Below the pieces are notes generated by a model. The model had not been told where the DNA came from and searched no databases. It saw only the letters and a list, made by a program, of their open reading frames with translations. A stretch of DNA of 63,165 bases, counting the filler, from Octopus bimaculoides (Eukaryota): the NCBI RefSeq assembly GCF_001194135.2. It is 5 parts of 4 records of this genome, joined end to end, with 100 filler letters (N's around TTAATTAATTAA, not from the genome) between each part and the next. Parts side by side here need not be neighbours in the genome. Positions count along the whole stretch, not along the records: positions 22,081 to 46,370 come from NC_068990.1; positions 46,471 to 52,777 come from NC_068990.1; 3 more parts are not named here. One strand, written 5' to 3'. This document shows, piece after piece, positions 39,306 to 50,619 of the stretch (position 1 is its first letter; each line of letters begins with the position of its first letter). The translations under genes were made by a program, and so were the position numbers.

Positions 39306-39702
39306 GTGCGTGGCTGTGTGGTGAAGAGTTTACTTCCCAACCACATGGTTCTGGATTCAGTCCCACTGCATGGCACTTTAAGCAAGTGTCTTCTACTATA
39401 GCCTTGGGCCAGCCAAAGCCTTGTGAGTGGATTTAGTAGACGGAAACTCAAAGAAGCCCGTCGTATGTGAATATATTTATGTGTGTGTGTCTGTGTTTGT
39501 CCCCCACAGCATCGTTTGACAATCGATGTTGGTGTGTTTTCGTTCCCATAACTTAGCAGTTTGGTAAAAGTGACCGATAAAATAAGTACTAGACTTACAA
39601 AGAATAAGTCCTGGGGTCAATTTCTTCAACTAAAAAAACCATTAAGGTGGTGCTCCAGCATGGCTGCAGTCAAATATCTGAAACAAGTAAAAGAATAAAA
39701 GA
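39306..39702 (+). mobile_element. SINE family A, full length
   Basis: Head GTGGCTGTGTGGT through tail GAAACAAGTAAAAGAATAAAAG. Confidence 0.88.
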
Positions 39703-40100
39703 ATATGATGAACTCTCCCATCAAAGATAATGTATGAATGTTCAGCTTTTGTTGAGCAATCTGCACAAATGGTTTGTTTATAGTGATCAAATGTATGTGC
39801 TGTGCACTAGCTCACTCTCTCCATCAAATCGACATTGCCTGAACAGGTGCACGGAGTACTACATGTCAGGTGTTGAAGTGACTGCGGAGCAATGTTTGAT
39901 GAAGTGTTTGACTCAAGAACACAATGCACAACTCAGTCTAGGAATTGAAACCACAATCTCATGATCGTTAGTGCAACACCCTAACCACAAGGCCATGCGT
40001 CCTCATATGTAAGTGTGTGTGTGTGTGTGAGTAGTTAATTCAAATAAATGAATAATAGAATTAGCAGACAACAAGAGGACATACACACATATATATACTG

Positions 40101-40129
<29 letters not shown>

Positions 40130-40132
<3 letters not shown>

Positions 40133-41205
40133 GTGCCGCAATATCAAAGGCAGGTTAACTAGGAAGTTAGTTTTTGCATGTGGCAGATGTTCAGGTGCAA
40201 TAAACACTGAAAATATGCAGAAAACAACTTCTGTCTCATTTCAGGGAGAAAAATTAGAGGTAGTTGATAGCTTCCGCTATCTGGGTGACCAAGTTAGTAG
40301 TGGCGGTGGGTGCGCTGAAAGTGTAGCTGCTAGAATAAGAATAGCCTGGGCAAAGTTCAGAGAGCTCTTACCTCTGCTGGCAACAAAGGGCCTCTNNNNN
40401 NNNNNNNNNNNNNNNNNNNNNNNNNNNNNNNNNNNNNNNNNNNNNNNNNNNNNNNNNNNNNNNNNNNNNNNNNNNNNNNNNNNNNNNNNNNNNNNNNNNN
40501 NNNNNNNNNNNNNNNNNNNNNNNNNNNNNNNNNNNNNNNNNNNNNNNNNNNNNNNNNNNNNNNNNNNNNNNNNNNNNNNNNNNNNNNNNNNNNNNNNNNN
40601 NNNNNNNNNNNNNNNNNNNNNNNNNNNNNNNNNNNNNNNNNNNNNNNNNNNNNNNNNNNNNNNNNNNNNNNNNNNNNNNNNNNNNNNNNNNNNNNNNNNN
40701 NNNNNNNNNNNNNNNNNNNNNNNNNNNNNNNNNNNNNNNNNNNNNNNNNNNNNNNNNNNNNNNNNNNNNNNNNNNNNNNNNNNNNNNNNNNNNNNNNNNN
40801 NNNNNNNNNNCTGTGCGTGAGAAGACTCGGCAAGCCAAGTGAGACCTAAATCTAAGGCTTCAGCCAGTCCACTTGTGCGTACCTTCCTTCATTGGACACT
40901 AAACTCCACTTGCGAAGACCTGTTGAGGCAAGTGAAATCGAAATCGAGTTAAATTGGACACTAAACTCCACTTGCGAAGACTTGTTGAGGCAAGTGAAAT
41001 CGAAATCGAGTTAAATTGGACACTAAACTCCATATGCGAAGACCTGTTGAGGCAAGTGAAATCGAAATCGAGTTAAATTCGATGACTGGCACCCATGCCA
41101 ACATCGTCTCCTTCATTGGGACACGAAACTCAGCTTGCGAAGACTTATTGGGGCAAGCGAAATCGAAATCGTGATGGCACCTGTGCCCAGCGTCGCCTTT
41201 CTGGC
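40130..41205 (+). mobile_element. Second 5'-truncated copy of the same RTE LINE spanning an N gap, with its 3' tail
   Basis: 40130-40395 translates to LEVVDSFRYLGDQVSSGGGCAESVAARIRIAWAKFRELLPLLATKGL, nearly identical to 43030-43170. Tail-like sequence follows the gap. Confidence 0.85.
40891..41078 (+). repeat. 62-bp tandem repeat, 3 copies plus a diverged 4th near 41115-41170
   Basis: Unit ATTGGACACTAAACTCCACTTGCGAAGACCTGTTGAGGCAAGTGAAATCGAAATCGAGTTAA starts at 40891, 40953 and 41015. Confidence 0.95.
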
Positions 41206-41214
41206 AATTATCTC

Positions 41215-43395
41215 ATCTTTATGGCTGGGGATTTCAATGGGCATGTTGGACGGCAGCCTGGTATCTTCCGTGGTGTTCATGGGGGCCATGGAATTAGTTC
41301 CCGAAACGTATGGCCCTCCCTGATGAAGAATGTATCCCCCACCATAGACTAGTCATTTGCGACTTTAGACTCCAAGTCAGAAGAATGCCAAGAAACAGAC
41401 CAATCTGGAAAAGAAGGGCCTGGAAGCTTAAAGACCCTTCATATTGTCAGACATTTAGGGATATCCTAATTGAGAAATTTGATGAGAGTGAGGAGGAGCT
41501 ACAAACTCGTGACATAGAGGGCAACTGGGAATTCCTGTGAGACAGCTTGCTGAGTGCCACAGACCAAATCTTTGGCTGGTGCAAAATCCCTTCCAGACCT
41601 AGTGTAATGTAGACAGGGCCATTAGAGCAAAGAAACAGGCCTGGAGGAGTGGGGGCAGCAGGGAACTATATCAGGTAGCTGGAAAGGAATCTAGGAGACA
41701 GGTAAATCTAGCCAAAGGAGAAGCAGAAAAGAAGTTTGCCTGTGTCCAGTGTCGCGAGGACCAAAGGACTGAAATATTTCAGATTGCAAGACTTTGTGAG
41801 AGAAAATTGTGATGTCATTGAAGAGTAATGTGTCTGCATGGATGATGGTGCACTTGCTTTTAATGAGTCTGTAAAGAAAGAAACTTGGAGATGCCATTAT
41901 GAAAGACTGCTGAACATAGAGAATGAATGGGAGGAGGAGAGTCTGCCAAATGTTGACCCAATTGAGGGACCAGCTACCCGAATCGACAGCACACTGGTAG
42001 ATAAAGCAATTAAGGACATGAAAACAGGAAAAGCCCTTGGCTCATCAGGAATCACTGCTGAGATGATTAAAATATCTAGTGGTGTGGGTTATGGTCTAGT
42101 CACCCGTATTGTAAATCAGGTGGTTCATGAAGGAGTCATACCCAATGACTGGTGTAATAGCACCATAGTCAACTGCTACAAAGGGAAAGGTGATGTCTTA
42201 GCTAGAAATAATTACAGAGGTATCAGATTGTTGGATCAGGTGATGAAAGTTATGAAGAGGGACATGGCCCAGCTTGTTAGGGAGAGAGTTAGTCTAGATG
42301 AGATGCAATTTGGTTTTGTGCCAGGTAAAAGCACCACTGATGCTATATTTCTGGTAAGGCAGCTGCAGGAGAAATACATAGCCAAAGACAAACCTCTATA
42401 CTTGGCTTTTGTTGAGTTGGAGAAAGCTTTGGACAGGGTCCCCTGATCCCTTATCTTGTGGTCAATGCAGAAACTAGGGATAGAAGAGTGGTTGGTGAGA
42501 GCTGTACAGGGATGCTACCAATAAGGTGAGGGTGAGCAATGAGTACAGCGAAGAATTCAGGGTACAGGTAGGGGTTCACCAAGGATTGGTGCTCAACCCC
42601 CTCTTGTTTATCATAGTCCTCCAGGCAATAACAGAGGAATTCAAGACAGGCTTCCCCTGTTTTCTCTCTGCTGATAACCTTACTCATATAGTTAAATCAT
42701 TACCTGAATTAAGGAAGAAGTTTCAGGTATGGAAGCAAGGTTTAGAATCAAAGGGCCTTAGCGTTAACCTAGCAAAAATCAAAGTCATAGTAAGTAGGAA
42801 GGCAGACAAATCACAGATCCCTTCAGGTAGACAGCCCTACTCAATCTGTAGAAAAGGTATAGGTAGAAACTCCATAAGATGCACCCAGTGTAAGCTTTGG
42901 ACATATGAAAGGTACAGCAACATCAGAAGAAGGTTAACAGGGAAACTAACTTTTGTATGTGGAAGGTGCACAGGTATAATAAATGCTGAAAATACACAGA
43001 AGATAGACTCCATCAACTGCCATTGGGGCAAACTAGAGGTAGTAGATAACTTCCGTTATCTTGGTGGCCAAGTTAGTAGTGGAGGTGGTTGCTCTGAGAG
43101 CGTAGCTGTAAGAATAAGATTAGGCTGGGCAAAGTTCAGAAAGCTCCTACCCCTACTGGCAACAAAGAGCCTCTCTCTCAGAGTGAAAGGCAGATTGTTT
43201 GATGCCTGTGTGCGAACAGCTATGCTACATGGCACTGAAACATGGGCTGTGATAGCCGAGGACATGCGTAAGCTTGAAAGAAACGAAGCTAGTATTATGC
43301 TTTGCTGGATGTGCAATGTCAATGTGCATGTTCGACAGAGTGTAAGCATCTTGAGAGAAAAGTTAGGCATAAAAGGAAACAGATGTGGTGTGCAA
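41215..43395 (+). mobile_element. Decayed RTE-clade LINE ORF2 (end of APE domain plus RT), truncated at both ends
   Basis: GDFNGHVG and HHRLVICDF (APE); YKGKGD..RNNYRGI.LL; QFGFVPGKSTTDAIF; GVHQG.VL.PLLF; ADNL in place of YADD; FRYLG; RIRLGWAKF; LHGTETW. Several frameshifts. Confidence 0.93.
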
Positions 43396-43725
43396 GAGAG
43401 ACTGGTATGGTGTATTCCATTAATACACCCACTCTTTTACCTTATAATGGAGTGCTTGTTTTTCCTGACTTGGATTTCAAAACACCTGTGTGTGTGTGCT
43501 TGTGCACACGCGTGTATGTGTATGTGTTCGTGCGTGTGTGTGTGCATGCGTGCATGTGTATTTGGTGCTTCCCTGGCCAGGTTGGGTTCTATTGTCAGTT
43601 ACACTTAAAATTGTTTCATATGTTAATCAAAAATTTTATTCAAAACCTATATAATTGGATCTCTTAAAATCAAGACATGAAAAATGGAACAGTTATACTA
43701 GCTAAGTTAAACTGGATTAAACAAT

Positions 43726-44236
43726 AGGTGTAGGTGTGGCTGTGTGGTAAGAAGTTTGCTCCCCATCCACATAATTCTGGGTTCAGTCCCACTATGTGGC
43801 TCCTTTTCTGCCCTCTACTAAAGCTTCAGGCTGACCAAAGGTTTGTGAGAGGACTTGTTAGATAGAAACTGAAAGAAGTCCGTCGTATACATACATACAT
43901 ACATACACACACACACATACTTGCATATGTGTGTCTGTGTTTGTCTCCCATCACCATTTGACAACTGGTTTTGGTGTGTTTACGTCCTTGTAACTAGCGG
44001 TTCAGTAAAGGAAACCGATAGAATAAGTACCAGACTTAAAAACAATTAAGTACTGGTTGATTCGTTCGGCAATAATTTGTTGCGTGTATTATTTCCACGA
44101 GTGAATACGCAACATATGTTATATGATGGTACGCAAGATTTCATAGTAAAATCAAAGGAGACTTTATACCAAATCAGCTAAAAATTCTTCAAGGCGGTGC
44201 CCCAGTATGGCCGCAGTCTAATGACAGAAACAAGTA
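43726..44236 (+). mobile_element. SINE family A with an internal insertion of about 90 nt
   Basis: Head at 43726, tail GGCCGCAGTCTAATGACAGAAACAAG at about 44210-44236. Confidence 0.8.
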
Positions 44237-44579
44237 AAATTTAGAAACATTACAACACTGTCCCAAAGTTCAACGAAGCGACGCAGGTAATTACCATTAA
44301 GAAGTGTCACCTGATGCATGAACTTCAAAGCAGTGACATATTTAATTCATACGTTTCCAATACTAACTTGATACTTTATTCATAAATAATAAATTATCAT
44401 CGAAGCGTCAACTAAAAGATATAAAAAAAGTAACAGATAAAAGAAGAATTCATTTCGAAAACTTGTGATAATTATATTTAACTTGAACAGAGTGTTGGAT
44501 ACTATCTAAAAAGAAAGAAAAATTAGCATACATAGAATGCTCTTCTTATAGTTAAATAAAGAGACTTCGCTTAACGAAC

Positions 44580-44800
44580 ACCGGCAAGTTGCTAGAGAGA
44601 TCGATTTTCAATTTTTTTAGCGAGTTTAAATTTGAAACGAAGCGTAAATTAACAAAACTGAATTTATCTCGCCTTCAGACAGGACTGTAAACAATAAAGT
44701 AAAATTATGCATGAAAATAACTTAGTAAAAACCGTTATAATACAAAAATACATATAACAAGAACAGACTGCATCTGTTGCTAGGTAAACAAATAACTTTA
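44580..44800 (+). promoter_or_regulatory. Putative MAPK15 promoter with RFX X-box-like and forkhead motifs
   Basis: GTTGCTAG at 44588-44595, GTAAACA at 44687-44693 and composite GTTGCTAGGTAAACA at 44776-44790, all 220-430 nt upstream of the ATG. Confidence 0.45.
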
Positions 44801-45012
44801 TTCTGTTAGTATTCATTCGCAAATTCTGTAAGTTTTTATTTGACTATGTATTTTATTGATGATTGATAAATAAAACCGAAGTACACTTTTCAGTCGTAGT
44901 TTTGTTTAATGTTTTCCAGTTATTAATGTCAAATATTAACACTTGTTAAAGTGCACTACATTTGTATGCGCATTGATTCAATGTCTCACATTGTTACCTT
45001 TGTATATTAAAA

Positions 45013-45078
45013 ATGACAGCAGATCTAGAAGCACACATTACTAAGAAATATGATATAAAAAAACGGCTTGGTAAAGGA
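45013..45078 (+). CDS. MAPK15: First coding exon of a MAPK15/ERK7-like MAP kinase (MTADLEAHITKKYDIKKRLGKG)
   Basis: ATG at 45013 opens 22 codons ending in the start of the kinase Gly-rich loop (LGKG), followed directly by a canonical GTAAGT donor at 45079. The I.KKY.IKKRLGKG pattern is what I recognise as the ERK7/MAPK15 N-terminus (it should continue AYGIVWKA). Downstream exons were not found. Confidence 0.75.
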
Positions 45079-45534
45079 GTAAGTTTTTAAAAAATTAATT
45101 CAAATAACGTTTTAAATTGGTTAAACATTTTTGTGTGTGAGTCTATGAAAATCTCTCTTTTGTTTATTTTTGAAAGATGTTCAGAAGAAAACAAAATTGT
45201 ACCACAAGACGATCAAGCAACAACTTGGCAGTCACCTGCTAAACTTGTGAAACATTATGCATTCTCTTTACTGCCCCACGTACTTTGATTTATGATTTCT
45301 TGTTTTACTTATTTTCCTAGATATTGCAGGTTCTCGACTTACTCCCACTGTTTTAATTGGAGTACTGAAAATATAATGGCATTCTTTAAATAAAAGTAAT
45401 AGTTTTGTCTAATCGATCAGAACGTCTATAATTTTAGATGTTTGGTAGAATTGTCAAAGCATCGGATAAACCGCTCTACTGTTGTTAGTATCACTTCTTT
45501 AGGTCCTGATTTCAAGTCCGTCCAAAGTTAACTT

Positions 45535-45657
45535 GGCATAACTACAGGGTTTTACCCCCCAGACTTTGAGAGGTCATAACTTTCAGAAAAATGAATTTTT
45601 TTTAATGAAATTTTCTACGCATATAGTATTAACTGGGTAAAACCCTGTAGTTATGCC
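45535..45657. mobile_element. Small MITE with perfect 23-bp TIRs
   Basis: GGCATAACTACAGGGTTTTACCC (45535-45557) and its exact reverse complement (45635-45657). Confidence 0.8.
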
Positions 45658-45789
45658 GAAGATTTTATTGTTAAAGTTTATGTGCTGTAAATCAGTTAAA
45701 CCTCTGCAATATACAAAATATTTTAGCAGTTTTTTTTATACAGTTCTTAGTAATATTTAATTATAGAGATATCATATAATTAAAAAGAA

Positions 45790-45870
45790 AACTGAATGAG
45801 TACGAGGGTCCAGTGGAGTAAAATAAAAATCAAAGGAGTCCAGAGAAAAAAAAAGGTTGAGAAACACTGA
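45790..45870 (-). mobile_element. hAT (Charlie-like) terminal fragment
   Basis: The minus strand begins CAGTGTTTCTCAACCTTTTT, a typical hAT/Charlie terminus. A similar GGGGTTCTCAACC occurs near 19175. Confidence 0.4.
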
Positions 45871-46470
45871 TATAGAGTATCAGACAAGTAACAGCTGGTG
45901 CTATTTATATTCCAATAAGGTATCATAGATGTGAATGGAATTGAAAAGGAACCAGCATCATTCATTATTGGAATGTAATACCTTGATGCTATTTTGGATG
46001 ATATGCAGATTATATCTTTCACACAAATTGACATTATTTCCTGAATGTTGATTTCATTTAATTTTTTTAAATAATTTTCTAGTTGACCTACCACTACTGG
46101 GTTATTCCAGTGAAATTCAACAAATTTACGCCATTCATTAGTATCCATGAGAGGAGTGATTCCTGAAAAGTTTAGCCCCTTAGCTATTACAATTCAGATT
46201 TTATTACCATTTAAAGTTTTAGGAAATTTCCAAAATTTTTGAACTATTGAATTTCTTTTATTTTTAGGGGCCAATCATCTATATATATAAAAATGAGAAT
46301 GTCTGTCTGTCTGTCTGTGTGTGTGTGTGTGTGTCCCTAAAACTCGAGAACTACACAACCAATTTCATTCNNNNNNNNNNNNNNNNNNNNNNNNNNNNNN
46401 NNNNNNNNNNNNNNTTAATTAATTAANNNNNNNNNNNNNNNNNNNNNNNNNNNNNNNNNNNNNNNNNNNN

Positions 46471-46516
<46 letters not shown>

Positions 46517-46517
46517 C

Positions 46518-46559
<42 letters not shown>

Positions 46560-46732
46560 GTGAGTACATATGTATGCACACATTTGTATTGCTATGAATT
46601 TAGATATGTATATATATGTGTGCGTGTATACGTGCGTTTATATGTAAAACGTGCGCACACACGCACACACAGACACACGCGCACACACTCACACAGGAAG
46701 ACACACGCACAAACACACACACACACACACAC

Positions 46733-46782
<50 letters not shown>

Positions 46783-46825
46783 TATAGACACAGCTTTATT
46801 GTGGCTCTTTATATTCTGATTTCAA

Positions 46826-46944
46826 GACCTGCCGTGGTTGACTTAAGATTTCATCCTTTCGTGGCCGATAAAATAAGTACCAGTTGTGTACTGGGTCGAT
46901 CTAATCGTCTGGCCCCCTCTCTCAAAATTGCGGGCTTTGTGCCT
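46826..46944 (+). mobile_element. SINE family B, 3' part
   Basis: CCGATAAAATAAGTACCAGTTGTGTACTGGGTCGATCTAATCG..CTTTGTGCCT. Confidence 0.75.
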
Positions 46945-47368
46945 ANNNNNNNNNNNNNNNNNNNNNNNNNNNNNNNNNNNNNNNNNNNNNNNNNNNNNNN
47001 NNNNNNNNNNNNNNNNNNNNNNNNNNNNNNNNNNNNNNNNNNNNNNNNNNNNNNNNNNNNNNNNNNNNNNNNNNNNNNNNNNNNNNNNNNNNNNNNNNNN
47101 NNNNNNNNNNNNNNNNNNNNNNNNNNNNNNNNNNNNNNNNNNNNNNNNNNNNNNNNNNNNNNNNNNNNNNNNNNNNNNNNNNNNNNNNNNNNNNNNNNNN
47201 NNNNNNNNNNNNNNNNNNNNNNNNNNNNNNNNNNNNNNNNNNNNNNNNNNNNNNNNNNNNNNNNNNNNNNNNNNNNNNNNNNNNNNNNNNNNNNNNNNNN
47301 NNNNNNNNNNNNNNNNNNNNNNNNNNNNNNNNNNNNNNNNNNNNNNNNNNNNNNNNNNNNNNNNNNNN

Positions 47369-47369
<1 letters not shown>

Positions 47370-47406
<37 letters not shown>

Positions 47407-47619
47407 CGGTGAGTCTACAGAATCGTTATCACGCTGGACGAAATGCTTAGCAGTATTTCGTCCGTCGCTACGTTCTGAGTTCAAATTCCGCCGAGGTCGA
47501 CTTTGTCTTTCGTCCTTTTGGGGTCGATAAATTAAGTACTAGTTGAATACTGGGGTCGATGTAATCGACTCATCCCCTCCCCACAAAAGCTGCCGTTGAG
47601 GCAAAATGTGAAACCATTA

Positions 47620-47674
<55 letters not shown>

Positions 47675-47690
47675 CATTATTATTATTATT

Positions 47691-47725
<35 letters not shown>

Positions 47726-47730
47726 CATAC
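47370..47730. repeat. (TTA)n and (TTG)n microsatellites flanking a SINE
   Basis: Long TTA arrays at 47370-47401 and about 47620-47695, then (TTG)n. Confidence 0.95.
47404..47615 (+). mobile_element. tRNA-derived SINE, family B
   Basis: GGCGGTGAG..CAGAATCGTTA..GTTCTGAGTTCAAATTCCGCCGAGGTCGAC. Confidence 0.85.
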
Positions 47731-47979
47731 GGAGGCGATTGGCTTAGTGGTTAGGGCGTTGCATTTATGATCGTTAAGATTGTGCTTTTGATTTCTGGAT
47801 CGAACATTGTGTTGTGATTTTCATTTGACGTCGCTCCAATTCACTCAGCTGATAAAAACTGAGTATTACTGCGATGGATCAGTTCCCATGTAGGTGAGAC
47901 ACAACAGAATCCGGGGAAAGCATGCTTATTACCCTATGGCTCGGGAACAACCTTTAATCCTTTTAAGTCGATGCGCTAC

Positions 47980-48170
47980 CGGAATTGTTAGCACACTGGG
48001 CTAAATGCTTAGCAGTATTTCGTCCGTCTTTAAATTCTGAGTTCAAATTCCGCCAAGGTTGACTTTTCCTTTCATCCTTACGAGGTCGATAAAATAAGTA
48101 CCAATTGAATCTTGGCGTCGATGTAATCGACTAGTCCTCTTCCCCAAAATGTCGGGCCTTGTAGTAGAAA
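47980..48170 (+). mobile_element. tRNA-derived SINE, family B
   Basis: Same head and body as 47404-47615. Confidence 0.8.
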
Positions 48171-48195
48171 TCATTATTATTATTATTATTATTAA

Positions 48196-48232
<37 letters not shown>

Positions 48233-48529
48233 AAAATCTGGGTGACGGCAGATTCGACGCCAATGGTTCGTCAGTCCGTCTACAGAAGTATTCTAGTCTT
48301 TCTTCTCCTTATTCGTTGCTGGTGGAACTTCGAAGTCACAAAACTTCTTCTGCTTATTAGTATCTAATAGTGGCTAACAAATTATTAATCCTCCATTCCT
48401 ATACTGGATTTTCTTTCATAATTATTGATACTTGAACTTCAGCTACAGTAACCAACATTGATAACATTGTCACTCGTACACATGCAAACAGCTTTGTTTA
48501 GTCATAACTACAGCAACACAGAGAACATG

Positions 48530-48882
48530 CTTATCCTTTTAATACCACGACCAATACCAATGATATAAAGATCTGCACTGGCACAATCGCCATTAGCATT
48601 TCAATTACCAACTGCACTAACGCGATATCACCACCAGTTGCTTCAGAAGAGTCAACACCAACACCAACAACTGACATGACGACCACAACCGAGAACTCAA
48701 GAACCACTACCATCACCACTACTTCAGGCACCAGTACAATGACCACCTTCCAATGCCGCCATCAAAACCGTTACCATCAAAACTACCCCCACCAACAACA
48801 ACAACAACCCCACCACAACCACCACCACAACTACCATACCATCCACCACACCATCCACCTCGACTATCTTCAATACAACCGT
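48530..48882. repeat. Degenerate (ACC/AAC/CAC)n low-complexity tract
   Basis: C/A-rich trinucleotide degeneracy giving T/H/Q/P-rich pseudo-ORFs. Confidence 0.8.
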
Positions 48883-49151
48883 NNNNNNNNNNNNNNNNNN
48901 NNNNNNNNNNNNNNNNNNNNNNNNNNNNNNNNNNNNNNNNNNNNNNNNNNNNNNNNNNNNNNNNNNNNNNNNNNNNNNNNNNNNNNNNNNNNNNNNNNNN
49001 NNNNNNNNNNNNNNNNNNNNNNNNNNNNNNNNNNNNNNNNNNNNNNNNNNNNNNNNNNNNNNNNNNNNNNNNNNNNNNNNNNNNNNNNNNNNNNNNNNNN
49101 NNNNNNNNNNNNNNNNNNNNNNNNNNNNNNNNNNNNNNNNNNNNNNNNNNN

Positions 49152-49267
<116 letters not shown>

Positions 49268-49733
49268 TAGGCGCAGATGTGGCTGTGCGGTAAGAAGCTA
49301 GCTTCTCGACCACATGGTTCCGGAATCAGTCACACTTCGTGGCACCTTGGGCAGGAGTCTTCTAATATAGAGTCTATGGCCAACCAAAGCAATGCGAGGG
49401 GATTTGATAGATGGAAATTCAAAAAATCACGCAGTCTATATACATATGTGTGTACGTATGTGTTTGTGTGTGTGTTTGTGTGTATGTGCGTGCGTGCTTG
49501 TGTATATTTATGTGTATGTCTTTTTTGTGTGTTTGTCCACCTCTACATCCCTTGACAACCGATATTGGTGCATTTACATCCGCCTGAAATAGCGGCTCGA
49601 TAAATGAGAACGATAGAATAAGTACTAGGCTTACAAAGAATGAGTCCGGAAGTCGATTTCTTCGACTAAAATCCCTTTAAGGTGGTCTCCAGCATGGCCG
49701 CAGTCAAATGACTGAAAAAATTAAAATAATAAA
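49268..49733 (+). mobile_element. SINE family A, full length
   Basis: GGCGCAGATGTGGCTGTGCGGTAAG head to GGCCGCAGTCAAATGACTGAAA tail. Confidence 0.85.
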
Positions 49734-49810
49734 GAAATGTGTGTGTGTACGTGTCTGGGGTGTATATACGTATGTAAACATATATATGTGTGTGTGTACA
49801 TTTACAAATG

Positions 49811-49855
<45 letters not shown>

Positions 49856-50278
49856 TTATTTATATATATGTATATATACGTACTCACATATATACATACA
49901 CACGCGCACTGACACACGCGAAACTAATCTACCCAGCAAATAGCTTAGACTGGCAATGGAAACCGAGTCGCAGAATTGACAGAGGTTTATTCTGCAATTC
50001 CTGTCGAATTTTGGGGTATATATATATATTGTTATATTTCATGCAAACTTATTTTCCTAAACCTACCTGCATTAATACAATTACAACACACCCGCTCGCG
50101 TGCACACATTCGCCTAAAATGCGGATATACTGTCTCACTGATGTATTTTATATATTTATGTGTATGCTTATACATATAAGCACACACGTATATAAACATA
50201 TTTGCATACATACATAGCTACCTATCTACATACAGATATAGATACATACGTACAAACACACATACATACATACTATAC

Positions 50279-50325
<47 letters not shown>

Positions 50326-50578
50326 NNNNNNNNNNNNNNNNNNNNNNNNNNNNNNNNNNNNNNNNNNNNNNNNNNNNNNNNNNNNNNNNNNNNNNNNNNN
50401 NNNNNNNNNNNNNNNNNNNNNNNNNNNNNNNNNNNNNNNNNNNNNNNNNNNNNNNNNNNNNNNNNNNNNNNNNNNNNNNNNNNNNNNNNNNNNNNNNNNN
50501 NNNNNAGGAGAGAGACGGATATACATTCATACAGTTATATGTCTATATACATCATATATACACACAGATATGCTTACA

Positions 50579-50619
<41 letters not shown>

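Noticed and set aside
40891-41078. CRISPR-like array
   Set aside because: The units are contiguous tandem copies without unique spacers, inside a eukaryotic LINE tail.
48676-48882. Thr/His/Gln-rich mucin-like ORF
   Set aside because: A degenerate trinucleotide tract running into a gap, with no supporting splice or domain evidence.
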